From assembly GCA_007134735.1 (NCBI GenBank), contig SLKG01000043.1, positions 19,317 through 83,316 of the forward strand: DNA of 64,000 nucleotides. The letters run 5' to 3'. Under the pieces are notes generated by a model, which was given only the letters and a program-made list of their open reading frames with translations, ran no database searches and had not been told where the DNA came from. A program made the position numbers and the translations under genes. Source of the stretch: Kiritimatiellia bacterium (lineage in GTDB: Bacteria > Verrucomicrobiota > Kiritimatiellia > SLAD01). Positions 1 through 9,645 of the stretch are shown here, one piece after another (position 1 is the stretch's first letter; the number at the start of each line of letters is the position of its first letter).

Positions 1-2365
1 TCCGCTTGAAGGGAACGGATTTCCCATCCACCGTGACGCGGTTTACGCGTTGGGGTAAACGGAGCGCGAGGCGACCCTGCGTTGTTTCGGGGCCGCGCAG
101 GCCCAGCCGGATTTTCCCGCGAACGGCCGTTCGGTCCAGTAATTCCCCGAGTGCGTACAGCAATGTGACCTCCGGGCTGATGCGCGTCTGTATGGGAAGA
201 AACAGGCCCGTCAGGCTGTCCAGGGTGATGGGACCGACGTCCAGCGGGGCTCCGCCGCGCGGGTTGCGAACGGAAACGCGCGCGGTGCGGGGCATGCGAT
301 GGAAATTGCCGGCGAACAGGAACCCTTCCCCATCGGCGAATCGCGCTTCCAGGTGAAGGTTGTCGTTGTCGGCGGTGACATTGCGCAAGGCTTCGGGCAG
401 TTCCAGCATCGCGTTCCAAAGAGAGGGATGCTCCTCAATCGTGTACGCGACATGGAAGCCGAAAAACCGTACCCGTCCTTTTCCGATGGTCTTCTCGATG
501 CCCACCACCTTCCCGTTGGCGTCACGGGCAAGCACCTTGGCGTTCTTTTCAGACATGATCCGGGGCAGCTGGGGAACCGGAATGTCACGAAGCTTGTCCA
601 TGTAGATCCGGTTGGATACGCCCAGCCCGTCAATCTCGACGTCAAACGCATCGGCCATGATGGAACACGGCGCGAATGCACGGTCGTATTTGGGGAGCAT
701 GGGAAAGACCATCAGGTTCCCGCCGCGCCGGACGTATTGAACCAGCTTCTTCTGTGTCTCGGCATCCATGATTTCGTTTGTGAGCAGCACCAGGGACGGA
801 TATTGCCGTAGTTCGGATACGGACCGCATGGTCAGATCGGCCATGTCGAACGGCACGCTCTTCTTGGTCAAGATGCGGATGATGCCGTCGAAATAGGCCT
901 TGTCCCGGAAATTTACCGGGTCCGTGGCCAGACCGATTTTCTTCGACTTCAGCTTGGTTCCTTTCCCGATGATGGGAACCAGAAACTCGGTTTCGTACAG
1001 GTGCGGGTAGAACGCCACGCCGAGCGAGGCCGGGCGTTGCGTGCGCAGGACGAAATTTCCGTTGTGGTTGAGCCACTCGCCGAGATCGCGAATCATCGGG
1101 TAGCTTGGCTGGGGCACGGCCTTGTAATCCACAGCGTTGTACCAATAGAACATCGGGCCGTCTATGCCGCGTCCTTTGGGGTTTCGGCCCTGGGCGAACA
1201 TATAGAAATTCATTCCGGTCAAGCCGTGGATAATGCAATGCCGATAGAAAAGCCCGAGTTCAGGGGGATAGGTTTCCACGCCGTGTTCGCGACTGCCGCA
1301 CTGCAGTTCGGCGGAGTAGAGCGGGCCGCGGCGGCGTTGGAGTTCGGCGGCCATCTCGTTGGCCACGATTCCGTCATGCGCGTTCAGGGGCGACACGAAT
1401 TCGGGGATGTGATCGAGCCCGTACAGCACATCCGGCTGGACCTTGGCGGTTTCCCGGTGAAACGTGGCGTTCAGGGGGAATTCATGGGCTCGCCCATAGA
1501 CCCATCCTCCGATATTTGTGAAGAACGGCACGCGAACACCGGCCTGGCGCAGTGTGTCGGCATTATATTTGACGTAGTCCGCATAGACCCACCGGTGGAA
1601 GTCGTGAAAGAGGCGGTATAACACGAAATCGCGGCGCGATTCACACAGGGCATGCGGAGGCATCACCTCGTCATGGCTGTGCAGTTCGCGATCCAGCAGA
1701 CGCCCGAGGGATTCCACATCCGGATACTCCCGCTTCAGATACATCCACCAGGCCGCGAGGTTGGAATGTGAGTAATCGCCCCGCGCGCCGAGCCATTGGA
1801 ACATGCCGATTTCGTTGCATAACTGCATCATGATGACCGCACCGCGGCGGCGGTCCTGGCGGGGTACGACCACGTCGCGCGCAAATTTGTCCAGCCAGAC
1901 GGCGGCTTTATCCCGGAAACGACGACTGGTGAATGATATGTATTCCGGACCCCAGGGATTCCCTTCTTCATCCAGGGCGAGTGTGTCCGGATAGCGGCTT
2001 GTCAGCCACCGGGGTATGCCCTGATCGGTCGTTTCGGCCATTACGTACGGGCCGGGCTTGAGCGTGACATACAGGTTGTATTTCGATGCCAGATCGGCAA
2101 ATTCCGCCACATTACGTTCGGCATGGGTTTCCCCGGTGAGGTCGAAGCGTCCTTCCTCGAATTCGTGCCAGGACCACGGCACATACGTGGATACGGCATT
2201 GCACCCCGCGTCGACCAGCGCGCGCAGATGCTTTTCCCAGTACCTGCGGGGAATACGGAAATAGTGGACCTCCCCGGAATACAGAAAAGTGTCTTTTCCG
2301 TTGATCACCAAGGCGTTGTCGCCGATTTTACACGCAGCTTTTTTGGTTTGTTTTTTCACGTTCAT
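1..2365 (-). CDS. Glycoside hydrolase family 35 beta-galactosidase. The N-terminus (ATG at 2365) is in the window; the C-terminus runs off the left edge.
   Basis: Hand translation of the minus strand in the frame set by ATG 2365 gives MNVKKQTKKAACKIGDNALVINGKDTFLYSGEVHYFRIPRRYWEKHLRALVDAGCNAVSTYVPWSWHEFEEGRFDLTGE...YVTLKPGPYVMAETTDQGIPRWL, the canonical GH35 N-terminal catalytic region. The frame stays open to position 1; I spot-checked it at 1258, 358 and 4-22. The ORF track does not list it because the stop lies outside the window. Confidence 0.8.
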   Translation of the reverse strand, partial: MNVKKQTKKAACKIGDNALVINGKDTFLYSGEVHYFRIPRRYWEKHLRALVDAGCNAVSTYVPWSWHEFEEGRFDLTGETHAERNVAEFADLASKYNLYVTLKPGPYVMAETTDQGIPRWLTSRYPDTLALDEEGNPWGPEYISFTSRRFRDKAAVWLDKFARDVVVPRQDRRRGAVIMMQLCNEIGMFQWLGARGDYSHSNLAAWWMYLKREYPDVESLGRLLDRELHSHDEVMPPHALCESRRDFVLYRLFHDFHRWVYADYVKYNADTLRQAGVRVPFFTNIGGWVYGRAHEFPLNATFHRETAKVQPDVLYGLDHIPEFVSPLNAHDGIVANEMAAELQRRRGPLYSAELQCGSREHGVETYPPELGLFYRHCIIHGLTGMNFYMFAQGRNPKGRGIDGPMFYWYNAVDYKAVPQPSYPMIRDLGEWLNHNGNFVLRTQRPASLGVAFYPHLYETEFLVPIIGKGTKLKSKKIGLATDPVNFRDKAYFDGIIRILTKKSVPFDMADLTMRSVSELRQYPSLVLLTNEIMDAETQKKLVQYVRRGGNLMVFPMLPKYDRAFAPCSIMADAFDVEIDGLGVSNRIYMDKLRDIPVPQLPRIMSEKNAKVLARDANGKVVGIEKTIGKGRVRFFGFHVAYTIEEHPSLWNAMLELPEALRNVTADNDNLHLEARFADGEGFLFAGNFHRMPRTARVSVRNPRGGAPLDVGPITLDSLTGLFLPIQTRISPEVTLLYALGELLDRTAVRGKIRLGLRGPETTQGRLALRLPQRVNRVTVDGKSVPFKR

Positions 2366-2542
2366 TCCATGATTAAACCGGATATTGCATTATAATCGCC
2401 CTATTCCGCCTGTTGTGACGTTCCGGCGGAAGGTGCGACACCCTGTCGTCGTGCGCTTGTCCCCCCTTGACACAAACGTATAAACCATACATAGATTGGG
2501 ATCGGTTGCAATGCAAAACCATTCCGGTATGAGGTTCGAATC

Positions 2543-3583
2543 ATGGGGGTAACACTCGAGGATGTCGGGCGCCGTTGCGGGGTTTCGCGGAGTACGGTTT
2601 CCCGCGTGATCAACGAAAGCCACCTGGTGAATGCCGAGACCCGGGAAAAAGTCCTCCGGGCTATCCGGGAATTGAATTACGCCCCCAATTTCATTGCGCG
2701 GTCCCTGACGAAGAACACAACGGAAACGCTTGCCGTCATCCTGCCGGACATTACCGGCGGCTTTTTCCCGGAAATCCTGGCCGGCATGGACGAAGTGGCC
2801 GGCCAACGGGGATATCATTTGCTGATTGTGTTCTTCGGCGGTACGCGACCGCCGTCGGATACGGTGGAGAAACTGATCACGCATCGTCGCGTCGATGCCG
2901 TGCTGGCCGTGGCGGAGACCATTTCCGACGAGGAGGCGGCGCGGATGGCGGAACAGCATATGCCGTTGGTGTGCGTGGGCCGGCGCACGCCCGTGACCCC
3001 TATTCCCAGTGTTACCTTTGACGACCGGGGCGGAGCCTGGCAGGGAACCCAACTGCTGATTGCACAGGGGCGGAGAAACCTGATTCATCTGCGCGGGCCC
3101 GCCGGTAATTACGATGCGGAGGAGCGCAGCCGGGGGTTTCGCACGGCCCTCGAAGAGGCCGGCATAGCCTATGAGGCCGTTCGTGAAATTCCCGGGGACT
3201 TTAGACGGGAAGGCGGCTTGCTCGCCATTCGTGAGGTGTTGCAGAGCCGGATGGCGTTCGACGGCATTTTCGCGGCAAACGACGAAATGGCCATCGGTGC
3301 GCTTGAAGTGCTGACGCAACAAGGTATCCGGGTGCCGGCCGATGTCGCCGTGGTCGGATTCGACAACATTCCAACGGCCCGTTATCTCGGATTGACCACG
3401 GTTCGTGTCCCGGTTCGCGAAATGGGAAGGGTGGCCGTCCGCCTGGCCTTTGATTTGATAGACGGCAGAACGCCGGTTTCATCGGAAGTCCTACAGACGG
3501 ATATCCTGCAACGAGCCAGCACGCAAACGGATCTGACCGGCGGGACGGTAACCGTGCCGTATACACCCAGCGAAGGGGTGTAA
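2543..3583 (+). CDS. LacI family transcriptional regulator
   Basis: N-terminal HTH (VTLEDVGRRCGVSRSTVSRVIN) followed by a periplasmic-binding-protein-like sugar-binding fold. It is divergent from the GH35 gene. Confidence 0.9.
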   Translation: MGVTLEDVGRRCGVSRSTVSRVINESHLVNAETREKVLRAIRELNYAPNFIARSLTKNTTETLAVILPDITGGFFPEILAGMDEVAGQRGYHLLIVFFGGTRPPSDTVEKLITHRRVDAVLAVAETISDEEAARMAEQHMPLVCVGRRTPVTPIPSVTFDDRGGAWQGTQLLIAQGRRNLIHLRGPAGNYDAEERSRGFRTALEEAGIAYEAVREIPGDFRREGGLLAIREVLQSRMAFDGIFAANDEMAIGALEVLTQQGIRVPADVAVVGFDNIPTARYLGLTTVRVPVREMGRVAVRLAFDLIDGRTPVSSEVLQTDILQRASTQTDLTGGTVTVPYTPSEGV

Positions 3584-3646
3584 GATGAACGAGGTTTGCC
3601 CTCGGTCCCGCGGGCCGGCGTGTCATGCCCGTTTCCGTGCATGGCG

Positions 3647-4690
3647 TTATTTCGGTCGTTCAAAGAAGACCAAGCGTTGTGAACGGTCGAAGGTGACGCG
3701 GTAGTGCTCGAGCAGTTTTCTTCCGATCCGCGGATGGTCGGGAAGGCCAAGATGATGTTCGTCAAGCGGAACGACGTCCGTGTTTCGGAAAACCAGGTCG
3801 CCGACCGTCACGCGCCGTGCGCGGGGGTCCGCGGGCCGGGCCATGGCGAGTTCGTAATCGCCCACGCTGTCCAGCAGGAAGATCACGGGCTCGGTATCGA
3901 TGGTGCCCCGGAACGCGAAGATGCCGTTCTTTTCGCGCAGTGGAAGCACCGCGATCACGTGGTCTTCCGAGGGCGTGTACGATCTCGTGGAGGAGAAGGC
4001 CACGCTCCGGTTTGGATAGTCGATCTGCACGAAGGCGAACGATTTGATCCAGTCGCAGCCCAGCACAAAAGACGCCTCAAGCGGAGCGGGCGCGCGTTTC
4101 CGTTCTTTTTTCCGGTCCGTCGGGACGTTTCGAAGGAGCGGTCCCAGCGGGCCGTCCACCATGCGCACATAAAAAAGCGCCGATTCCACGCGCAGGTTTT
4201 CAAGACGAATGGTGGATATGACCGATAGACAGCCGATATTCGGATCGGCCACATGCTCGGCGTGTTTCGTGATAAGGGGCGGGGCGATCGGTGTGGCCCG
4301 CACCGCGCGCGCGGTATCGAAATCAACCCAACTTCCGCGCGAACTGGTATCCAGGAGGGCGGCATACTCCGTGGGGTGGCGTCCCCGGATTTCAAGGAGC
4401 GGCAACGTGGACGAGCGCGATGAAACAAAGGGCATGTGGGCGAAACGTTCCGCGTGCAGGCGATTTCCGCCCGTGACTACCGGCCCGGCGTCGGATTCGT
4501 ACACGGTCAGCCAGAATTGACGGGGATCCCGCGCGCCCCGGAAGAAGGCCTGGGCTTGTTCCGGCGGCAGCGGTTTGGGTTCGGCCGGTTTGCGCGTGGC
4601 GCAGGCGGAGGCGAAGACCAGGACGAGCATAACGCACGGTGCAACAGCGTTGAGGATCCAGCGATGCGGACTCACACGATTTCGAATCAT
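3647..4690 (-). CDS. Hypothetical lipoprotein with two retropepsin-like (clan AA aspartic-peptidase-like) repeats that may be degenerate
   Basis: Start trimmed to MIRNRVSPHRWILNAVAPCVMLVLVFASACATRKP, which is a signal peptide with a lipobox-like Cys. Contains two motifs, ALLDTSSRGSWVDFD and IFLLDSVGDYELAM, that resemble the DTG/DSG active-site loop. The upstream 161 codons of the tracked ORF are R-rich and overlap the divergent sulfotransferase gene. Confidence 0.55.
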   Translation of the reverse strand: MIRNRVSPHRWILNAVAPCVMLVLVFASACATRKPAEPKPLPPEQAQAFFRGARDPRQFWLTVYESDAGPVVTGGNRLHAERFAHMPFVSSRSSTLPLLEIRGRHPTEYAALLDTSSRGSWVDFDTARAVRATPIAPPLITKHAEHVADPNIGCLSVISTIRLENLRVESALFYVRMVDGPLGPLLRNVPTDRKKERKRAPAPLEASFVLGCDWIKSFAFVQIDYPNRSVAFSSTRSYTPSEDHVIAVLPLREKNGIFAFRGTIDTEPVIFLLDSVGDYELAMARPADPRARRVTVGDLVFRNTDVVPLDEHHLGLPDHPRIGRKLLEHYRVTFDRSQRLVFFERPK

Positions 4691-4914
4691 GGCGCGCACT
4701 ATGCCACTTGTCGCGGATCGGTGCAAGAGCGTTGAGAGCCGTAATGAGTGCTTCGCCGTATCCTCCCGGTTATCGGTGGAACTCCCGTCCGGGCGTTCGC
4801 CTTGACGTCTTCCCGTTGCTTCCGCTACCGTGTCCCTGCGCAAGAGGCGCTTCCGCAGGTCCGGATATGCGGGGGCGATGCGGACGATTTCCGGTTGTGG
4901 AATACCGGGCGGGA

Positions 4915-5766
4915 ATGACGGCACGTCGAGTCGAATCGGGACGAACAATAATCCATAATCCAGGGACAGAGACGGGTACTGTGCAGCAAGCGAGAAATCG
5001 GGGATGGACGCATGTGCACGATCAGGCCTTGCGCCGGCTTTGGAGCTACCGGCCGTTTTACCGGCAGTATCCCTATGACCGTCCGGTCCACATCCAGGCG
5101 GCCGACCGGCATGGCGCGGTCGATTGTCAATACGGCTTCTTCTATAACCGGATTCCCAAATGCGCCAATTCAACGATTGTTCAAACCCTGGTCACCTGTT
5201 CCGGCGTCATTGGTCCCGGCGCCGGGCGTGAGGCCAAGCGCGCATTCATGAAGCCCCATGCCTTGCCGGCCGGCCTGATGGCCGCCTTCCGGAACGAATG
5301 GTTTAAGTTCACCTTTGTCCGTAATCCCTACGCGCGCCTGCTGTCGGCCTACCTGGACAAGATCGTCCGCAAGGGCTACGCGCATCGGCGCCGTTACCGT
5401 GCGCTTTTAGAACCCGGCAAGGATGCTACATCCCCTCCTTCGCTGGATCGCTTTCTTGATTTCCTGGCGGCGGAAGGACTGTACGCGAATGTGCATTGGG
5501 CGCCGCAGACCGCCATGCTGTTAATTCCGGAAGCCGACTTCGATTTTATCGGGAAAGTCGAGTCGCTCGACAAGGATCTGGCCTTTGTCCTGCAACGGAT
5601 ATTTCCGGATCATCCCGGCGGCGAGGACCGAAAAATTGGGCGGGCCGGTCCACCGCCGACCGGAGCGCAGGATAAAGTGCATACAATGCTCAACCGCCGG
5701 CAGATGGACCGGATTGCCCAATTGTATGAGCGCGACATTACCGCATTGGGCTATGCGTTTATGTAG
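4915..5766 (+). CDS. Sulfotransferase family protein (Sulfotransfer_2 / carbohydrate-sulfotransferase-like, PAPS-dependent)
   Basis: A 5'-PSB-like motif (FFYNRIPKCANSTIV) and a 3'-PB-like motif (FKFTFVRNPYARLLSAY). The start is trimmed to ATG 4915; ATG 4867 is an alternative. This avoids overlap with the divergent lipoprotein gene. Confidence 0.75.
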   Translation: MTARRVESGRTIIHNPGTETGTVQQARNRGWTHVHDQALRRLWSYRPFYRQYPYDRPVHIQAADRHGAVDCQYGFFYNRIPKCANSTIVQTLVTCSGVIGPGAGREAKRAFMKPHALPAGLMAAFRNEWFKFTFVRNPYARLLSAYLDKIVRKGYAHRRRYRALLEPGKDATSPPSLDRFLDFLAAEGLYANVHWAPQTAMLLIPEADFDFIGKVESLDKDLAFVLQRIFPDHPGGEDRKIGRAGPPPTGAQDKVHTMLNRRQMDRIAQLYERDITALGYAFM

Positions 5767-5863
5767 AGCCCATTTCATTCCGTGACCGATACGGGTTCGT
5801 GCGATGCCCGCTTGATTTGGCGCGGATTGTCCGATATGATTAACTGTTTTCAAGGAGTGGTAT

Positions 5864-8206
5864 ATGTCCACGAAAGCGAAGGCTTCGAAACGCATCCCCC
5901 GCGTTGGTCAGGGCGTGGCCCGTCTGGACGCGGATGAAAAGGTGCGCGGCCTGGCCGAATATGCGGACGATCTACAGGTGCCGGATGCCTGGTACGGATA
6001 CATCGTCCGGTCCCCGGTATCCCATGGCCGGCTACGGGCCCTGACCCTGGATCCGGATTATGATTGGAGCCGCATCGTGGTCGTTACGCCCGACGACATA
6101 CCGGGCGAAAACATCGTGGACATGATGGGGCGTGACATGCCCTTTATCGCGCACGACGAAATTCAGTACCGGGGCGAACCGATCGCCTTGGTGGCGGCGC
6201 CCACCCGGAAACAGGCCCGCGAAGCCGCCGCGCATGTCCGGGCCGACATCGAGGAGCTTCCCCCCTTGTTGACCCTCGGTGAAATGATCGACCGCTACAA
6301 GCGTGACCCGTCCGAATTGCATGAACTGTGCGCGCAGACGATCCGCAAGGGCGATGCCGAACGGGCCCTGGAAGAAGCCGAACTCGTCGTCGAGGGCGAG
6401 TACCGGGCGGGTCACCAGGAACAACTCTACATCGAACCGCAGGGCATGGTGGCCGTCCCGGAAAAGGACGGCTCCGTTTTTATTCACGGAAGCATGCAAT
6501 GCCCGTACTTCATCAACCCCGAACTGTGTGTGACGTTGGATCTTCCGCCCGAAAAGATCCGCGTGAAACAATCGGCCGTGGGCGGCGCGTTCGGCGGCAA
6601 GGAGGAATTCCCCACATTGCTGGCGGGATACTGCGCGTTGCTGGCCCTGAAAGCGAAACGGCCGGTGAAGATTATTTATGACCGCCACCAGGACATCCTG
6701 TATTCCACGAAACGGCATCCGGTCTGGTCGAGATACCGCACGGGACTGGACAAGGACGGCACGATTCGCGCCCTGTGTGTGGAATACGTGCTGGACGGCG
6801 GCGCCTACACGACGTTGAGCCCGGTGGTGATGTATCGCGGCATTCTGCACGCGGCGATGGGATACCGGTGCGATCATGTGTGGGTGGACGGGTATGTGTT
6901 CCGGACCAACACGTTTCCCAGCGGCGCGTTCCGCGGGTTCGGCGCGCCCCAGGCGGTCTGGGGTCTGGAATCGCACGTCGACGACCTGGCCAAAGCCTGC
7001 GGCATGACGCCGCACGAGTTCCGGTTGCGCAACGCGCTTCGGGAAGGCGATGTTACGCCGACCGGCGGGGTATTGCGGCATAGCGTCGGCTCGCCGGCGG
7101 TTCTGACGCAGACGGTGGAACGGTCCGGTTTCGTGGAGAAGCTGTCGCGGTGCAGTCACGGTCGTGTCTCCGACGGGAAGTGGTACGGGATCGGGATGTC
7201 ATTCTTCGCGCATGGGGCGGGATTTACCGGCGACGGCGAAGCGCGTTTCAAGGCCAAGGTGGCGCTGGATTTGGAGCCGGGCGAAGACGGGTGGCCCGTC
7301 GTGCTGGTGCGGGCGAGTTCCACGGAAATGGGACAGGGCACGTTCACCATCCTGCCGCAGGTGGCGGCCGACGGATTGTGCATCGATCTCAACCGCGTAC
7401 GGAATCCGTATCCGGATACGAAGTACGTGCCCAATAGCGGGCCGACCGTGGCATCGCGTACCGCCATGGTGGTCGGCAGCACGGTCTATGGCGCGGCACA
7501 AAAGATGAAGAAGCAACTCGAGGAATATGTGACGCGGGAATTCACGGGCGGACAGGCCGTGCAACTGGTGGATGGGCAATTCCTGACGGCCGATGAGAAG
7601 GTCGCCATGACCTTTGAGGAAGCGGCGACGCATCATTTCCAACACCGGGGGCCCCTGCGCGTCTATGATCAATTCCGGCTTCCGGATTACCTCCAATGGG
7701 ATCAGAAGAATTTCGTGGGCGACGCGTATCCGTCGTATTCGTGGGGATGCAATGTGGCGGAAGTGGAAGTCGATCCGCGGACGCTCGAAGTGAACGTGCT
7801 CAAAGTGACGGGCGTATATGATATCGGCAAGGTACTCAATCCCGTATTGGCCAAGGGCCAGTTGGAAGGCGGTTTGGTCCAGGCGCTGGGATACGCGGTC
7901 ATGGAGAAAATCGAGATCAAGGACGGCTTGTTCGACGCGAGCCGGATGCAAACCTACGTGATTCCGACCACGCTCGATATTCCTGAATTCGACCTGGATT
8001 TTGTGGAATTTCCGTACGAGTTTGCCGTTCCGGGCGCGAAAGGCGTGGGCGAAATCCCTATGAACGGCCTGGGCCCCGCGATTGCGAACGCGGTGGAACA
8101 GGCGACGGGTGTCCGGATGCGCGAATTGCCGATTACGCCGGAGACGTTGTTCGCGGCGATGACGCGCGGCGCCTCCGGTCCGTTGCTGCGAACCGGGACG
8201 GCGTAG
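5864..8206 (+). CDS. Xanthine dehydrogenase / aldehyde oxidase family molybdopterin-binding large subunit (CoxL/XdhA-like)
   Basis: 780 aa with N-terminal a/b hammerhead and MoCo-binding domains typical of the XDH/CODH family. There is an AAGGAG RBS upstream. Confidence 0.9.
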   Translation: MSTKAKASKRIPRVGQGVARLDADEKVRGLAEYADDLQVPDAWYGYIVRSPVSHGRLRALTLDPDYDWSRIVVVTPDDIPGENIVDMMGRDMPFIAHDEIQYRGEPIALVAAPTRKQAREAAAHVRADIEELPPLLTLGEMIDRYKRDPSELHELCAQTIRKGDAERALEEAELVVEGEYRAGHQEQLYIEPQGMVAVPEKDGSVFIHGSMQCPYFINPELCVTLDLPPEKIRVKQSAVGGAFGGKEEFPTLLAGYCALLALKAKRPVKIIYDRHQDILYSTKRHPVWSRYRTGLDKDGTIRALCVEYVLDGGAYTTLSPVVMYRGILHAAMGYRCDHVWVDGYVFRTNTFPSGAFRGFGAPQAVWGLESHVDDLAKACGMTPHEFRLRNALREGDVTPTGGVLRHSVGSPAVLTQTVERSGFVEKLSRCSHGRVSDGKWYGIGMSFFAHGAGFTGDGEARFKAKVALDLEPGEDGWPVVLVRASSTEMGQGTFTILPQVAADGLCIDLNRVRNPYPDTKYVPNSGPTVASRTAMVVGSTVYGAAQKMKKQLEEYVTREFTGGQAVQLVDGQFLTADEKVAMTFEEAATHHFQHRGPLRVYDQFRLPDYLQWDQKNFVGDAYPSYSWGCNVAEVEVDPRTLEVNVLKVTGVYDIGKVLNPVLAKGQLEGGLVQALGYAVMEKIEIKDGLFDASRMQTYVIPTTLDIPEFDLDFVEFPYEFAVPGAKGVGEIPMNGLGPAIANAVEQATGVRMRELPITPETLFAAMTRGASGPLLRTGTA

Positions 8207-8286
8207 AAGGCGGCGTTGTTCGGAGTGAGCCGGGTTTGATGCGGATCGGAGGCCGGCGTACAGGATTAACGAAATGGTTGCGTTTT

Positions 8287-8919
8287 ATGGATAATGCGTT
8301 TGAGCCGTTTGATGGAGAGGACGCGGTATGCATGTACCGCCAAGGAGTTCCGCACTGGAGGCGGAAAGGGTGCACCTATTTCGTGACGTTCATCCTGTGG
8401 GATGCCTTGCCCCGTAAGGTGTTGGGGGAATTCGGGGTATATGCCGAACGCTGGATGAAAGCACATCCGACGCCCTGGACGGAAGCGGTTTATCGTGAAT
8501 ACCGGCGCCGCATTGTGAGCCGGATTCACAAATGGCTGGATGCGGGCCACGGCCAGTGTCTGTTAGCCGATGGGCAGAATGCCACCATCTTGGAGCGCGC
8601 CATGCATCATTTTGACGGGGAGCATTTCTATCTGGATGCCTATGTGATCATGCCGAATCACGCGCACATGCTGGTAAAGCCGCGACAGGATATGGATTTG
8701 GAAGAACTCCTGTTCACGTGGAAAACGGTTTCCAGTAGATTGATGAACCGGCCGTCCATCCGGCGCGGAAGTGTCTGGCTGGAGAATCACCTGGATCACG
8801 TCGTGAAGACGAAAAGTTGTTTGGATCGTTACCGCAAGTATATCGAATTGAATCCGGTGCGCGCCGGGTTGGACAAAGGCGCGTTCATTCAACGCCGGGG
8901 AAAAGGCATCACGGCTTGA
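8287..8919 (+). CDS. REP-associated tyrosine transposase (RAYT; IS200/IS605-family Y1 HuH transposase-like)
   Basis: Conserved N-terminal PHWRRKGCTYFVTF, an HuH motif (VIMPNHAHMLV) and a C-terminal catalytic Tyr motif (YRKYIELNPVRAGL). The tracked ORF starts at TTG 8236; ATG 8287 lies just upstream of the conserved N-terminal block. Confidence 0.75.
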   Translation: MDNAFEPFDGEDAVCMYRQGVPHWRRKGCTYFVTFILWDALPRKVLGEFGVYAERWMKAHPTPWTEAVYREYRRRIVSRIHKWLDAGHGQCLLADGQNATILERAMHHFDGEHFYLDAYVIMPNHAHMLVKPRQDMDLEELLFTWKTVSSRLMNRPSIRRGSVWLENHLDHVVKTKSCLDRYRKYIELNPVRAGLDKGAFIQRRGKGITA

Positions 8920-8981
8920 TCCGAGCGGCTCTTTTCCCCTATGGATATGACGGGCTTTGACAAGACAACCGGGAAGAGGAC

Positions 8982-9470
8982 ATGAACAAGATCACGAGAT
9001 CATGGATCGTCAACGGGGAACCGCGAGAGGCGGAGTTCGCCCCCGTGCGCCGTTTGCTCGATGTGTTGCGCGAGGACCTGGGACTGAAAGGCACGAAGGA
9101 AGGATGCGGGGAGGGCGAATGCGGCGCATGCACGGTGATCGTGAACGGGCAACCCGTGCTCGCGTGTCTGATGGCGGCGGGCCAGGTGGAGGATCAGGCC
9201 GAGATCGTCACGGTCGAGGGGCTGGAAAAGACGGAGACGGGCCGCATCCTGCAGCAGGCCTACATCGAGAAGGGCGCCGCGCAGTGCGGGTTCTGTATTC
9301 CCGGCATGATCGTCTCCTCGTACGCGCTGCTCGAACAGCATGCGCATCCTGATGCCGGTCTGATTCGTGAATCGCATGCCGGCAACATCTGCCGATGCAC
9401 GGGGTACGAAAAAATAGTCGAGGCCATCCAGACGGCCGCGGAACGCCGGGCGGGGAATACCGGGTCGTGA
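8982..9470 (+). CDS. (2Fe-2S)-binding small subunit of an XDH-family molybdoenzyme (CoxS-like)
   Basis: Two [2Fe-2S] cysteine clusters, CGEGECGACTV and CGFCIPGM...CRCTGY. Confidence 0.9.
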   Translation: MNKITRSWIVNGEPREAEFAPVRRLLDVLREDLGLKGTKEGCGEGECGACTVIVNGQPVLACLMAAGQVEDQAEIVTVEGLEKTETGRILQQAYIEKGAAQCGFCIPGMIVSSYALLEQHAHPDAGLIRESHAGNICRCTGYEKIVEAIQTAAERRAGNTGS

Positions 9471-9486
9471 TGGGATTTTTTATGAT

Positions 9487-9543
9487 GGAGGGTCACGCTT
9501 CTGCGTGACCCGGACGCGCGAAAGCGCGTCCCTCCAGAAGAGG
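9487..9543 (+). repeat. REP-like structured palindromic element, copy 1
   Basis: GGAG-[GGTCACGC-TTCT-GCGTGACC]-C-[GGACGCGC-GAAA-GCGCGTCC]-CTCC-AGAAGAGG. Two adjacent hairpins, the second closed by a GNRA tetraloop, are bracketed by GGAG/CTCC. Confidence 0.7.
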
Positions 9544-9567
9544 GAAGGACACCGGCGGATGGATGTT

Positions 9568-9645
9568 GGAGGGTCACGCTTCCGCGTGACCCGGGACGCG
9601 CGGGCCCCGCAGTTGCGGGGTAAAAGCGCGTCCCTCCAGAAGAGG
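9568..9645 (+). repeat. REP-like structured palindromic element, copy 2, carrying a nested hairpin insertion
   Basis: Same architecture as copy 1, but the second hairpin loop is expanded by the inserted hairpin CCCCGC-AGTT-GCGGGG. The copy has the same AGAAGAGG tail. Confidence 0.7.

Noticed and set aside
642-1621. Tracked ORFs 642..1238(-) and 1001..1621(+) at the left edge
   Set aside because: They are alternative frames of the GH35 gene. The true frame, set by ATG 2365 and carrying GH35 motifs, is open throughout. It is absent from the track only because its stop lies outside the window.
4691-5173. N-terminal 161 codons of tracked ORF 3647..5173 and the N-terminal 69 codons of 4708..5766
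   Set aside because: The extensions are R/P-rich, overlap each other on opposite strands, and precede obvious start sites. These are a signal peptide at MIRNR and the conserved sulfotransferase core after MTARR.
6032-7159. 375-aa minus-strand ORF inside xdhL, and similar long antisense ORFs (2390..3322, 22077..23036, 42225..43094, 60043..61026, 25428..26309)
   Set aside because: Each overlaps a confidently assigned gene on the other strand. They have the composition typical of GC-rich antisense frames.
9487-9645. Possible CRISPR array (the repeats here and the octamer repeats at 23886..24014)
   Set aside because: There are only two copies with one short spacer, and the repeats are internally palindromic multi-hairpin units. 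The octamer array has 8-nt units with no spacers. There are no cas genes anywhere in the window.
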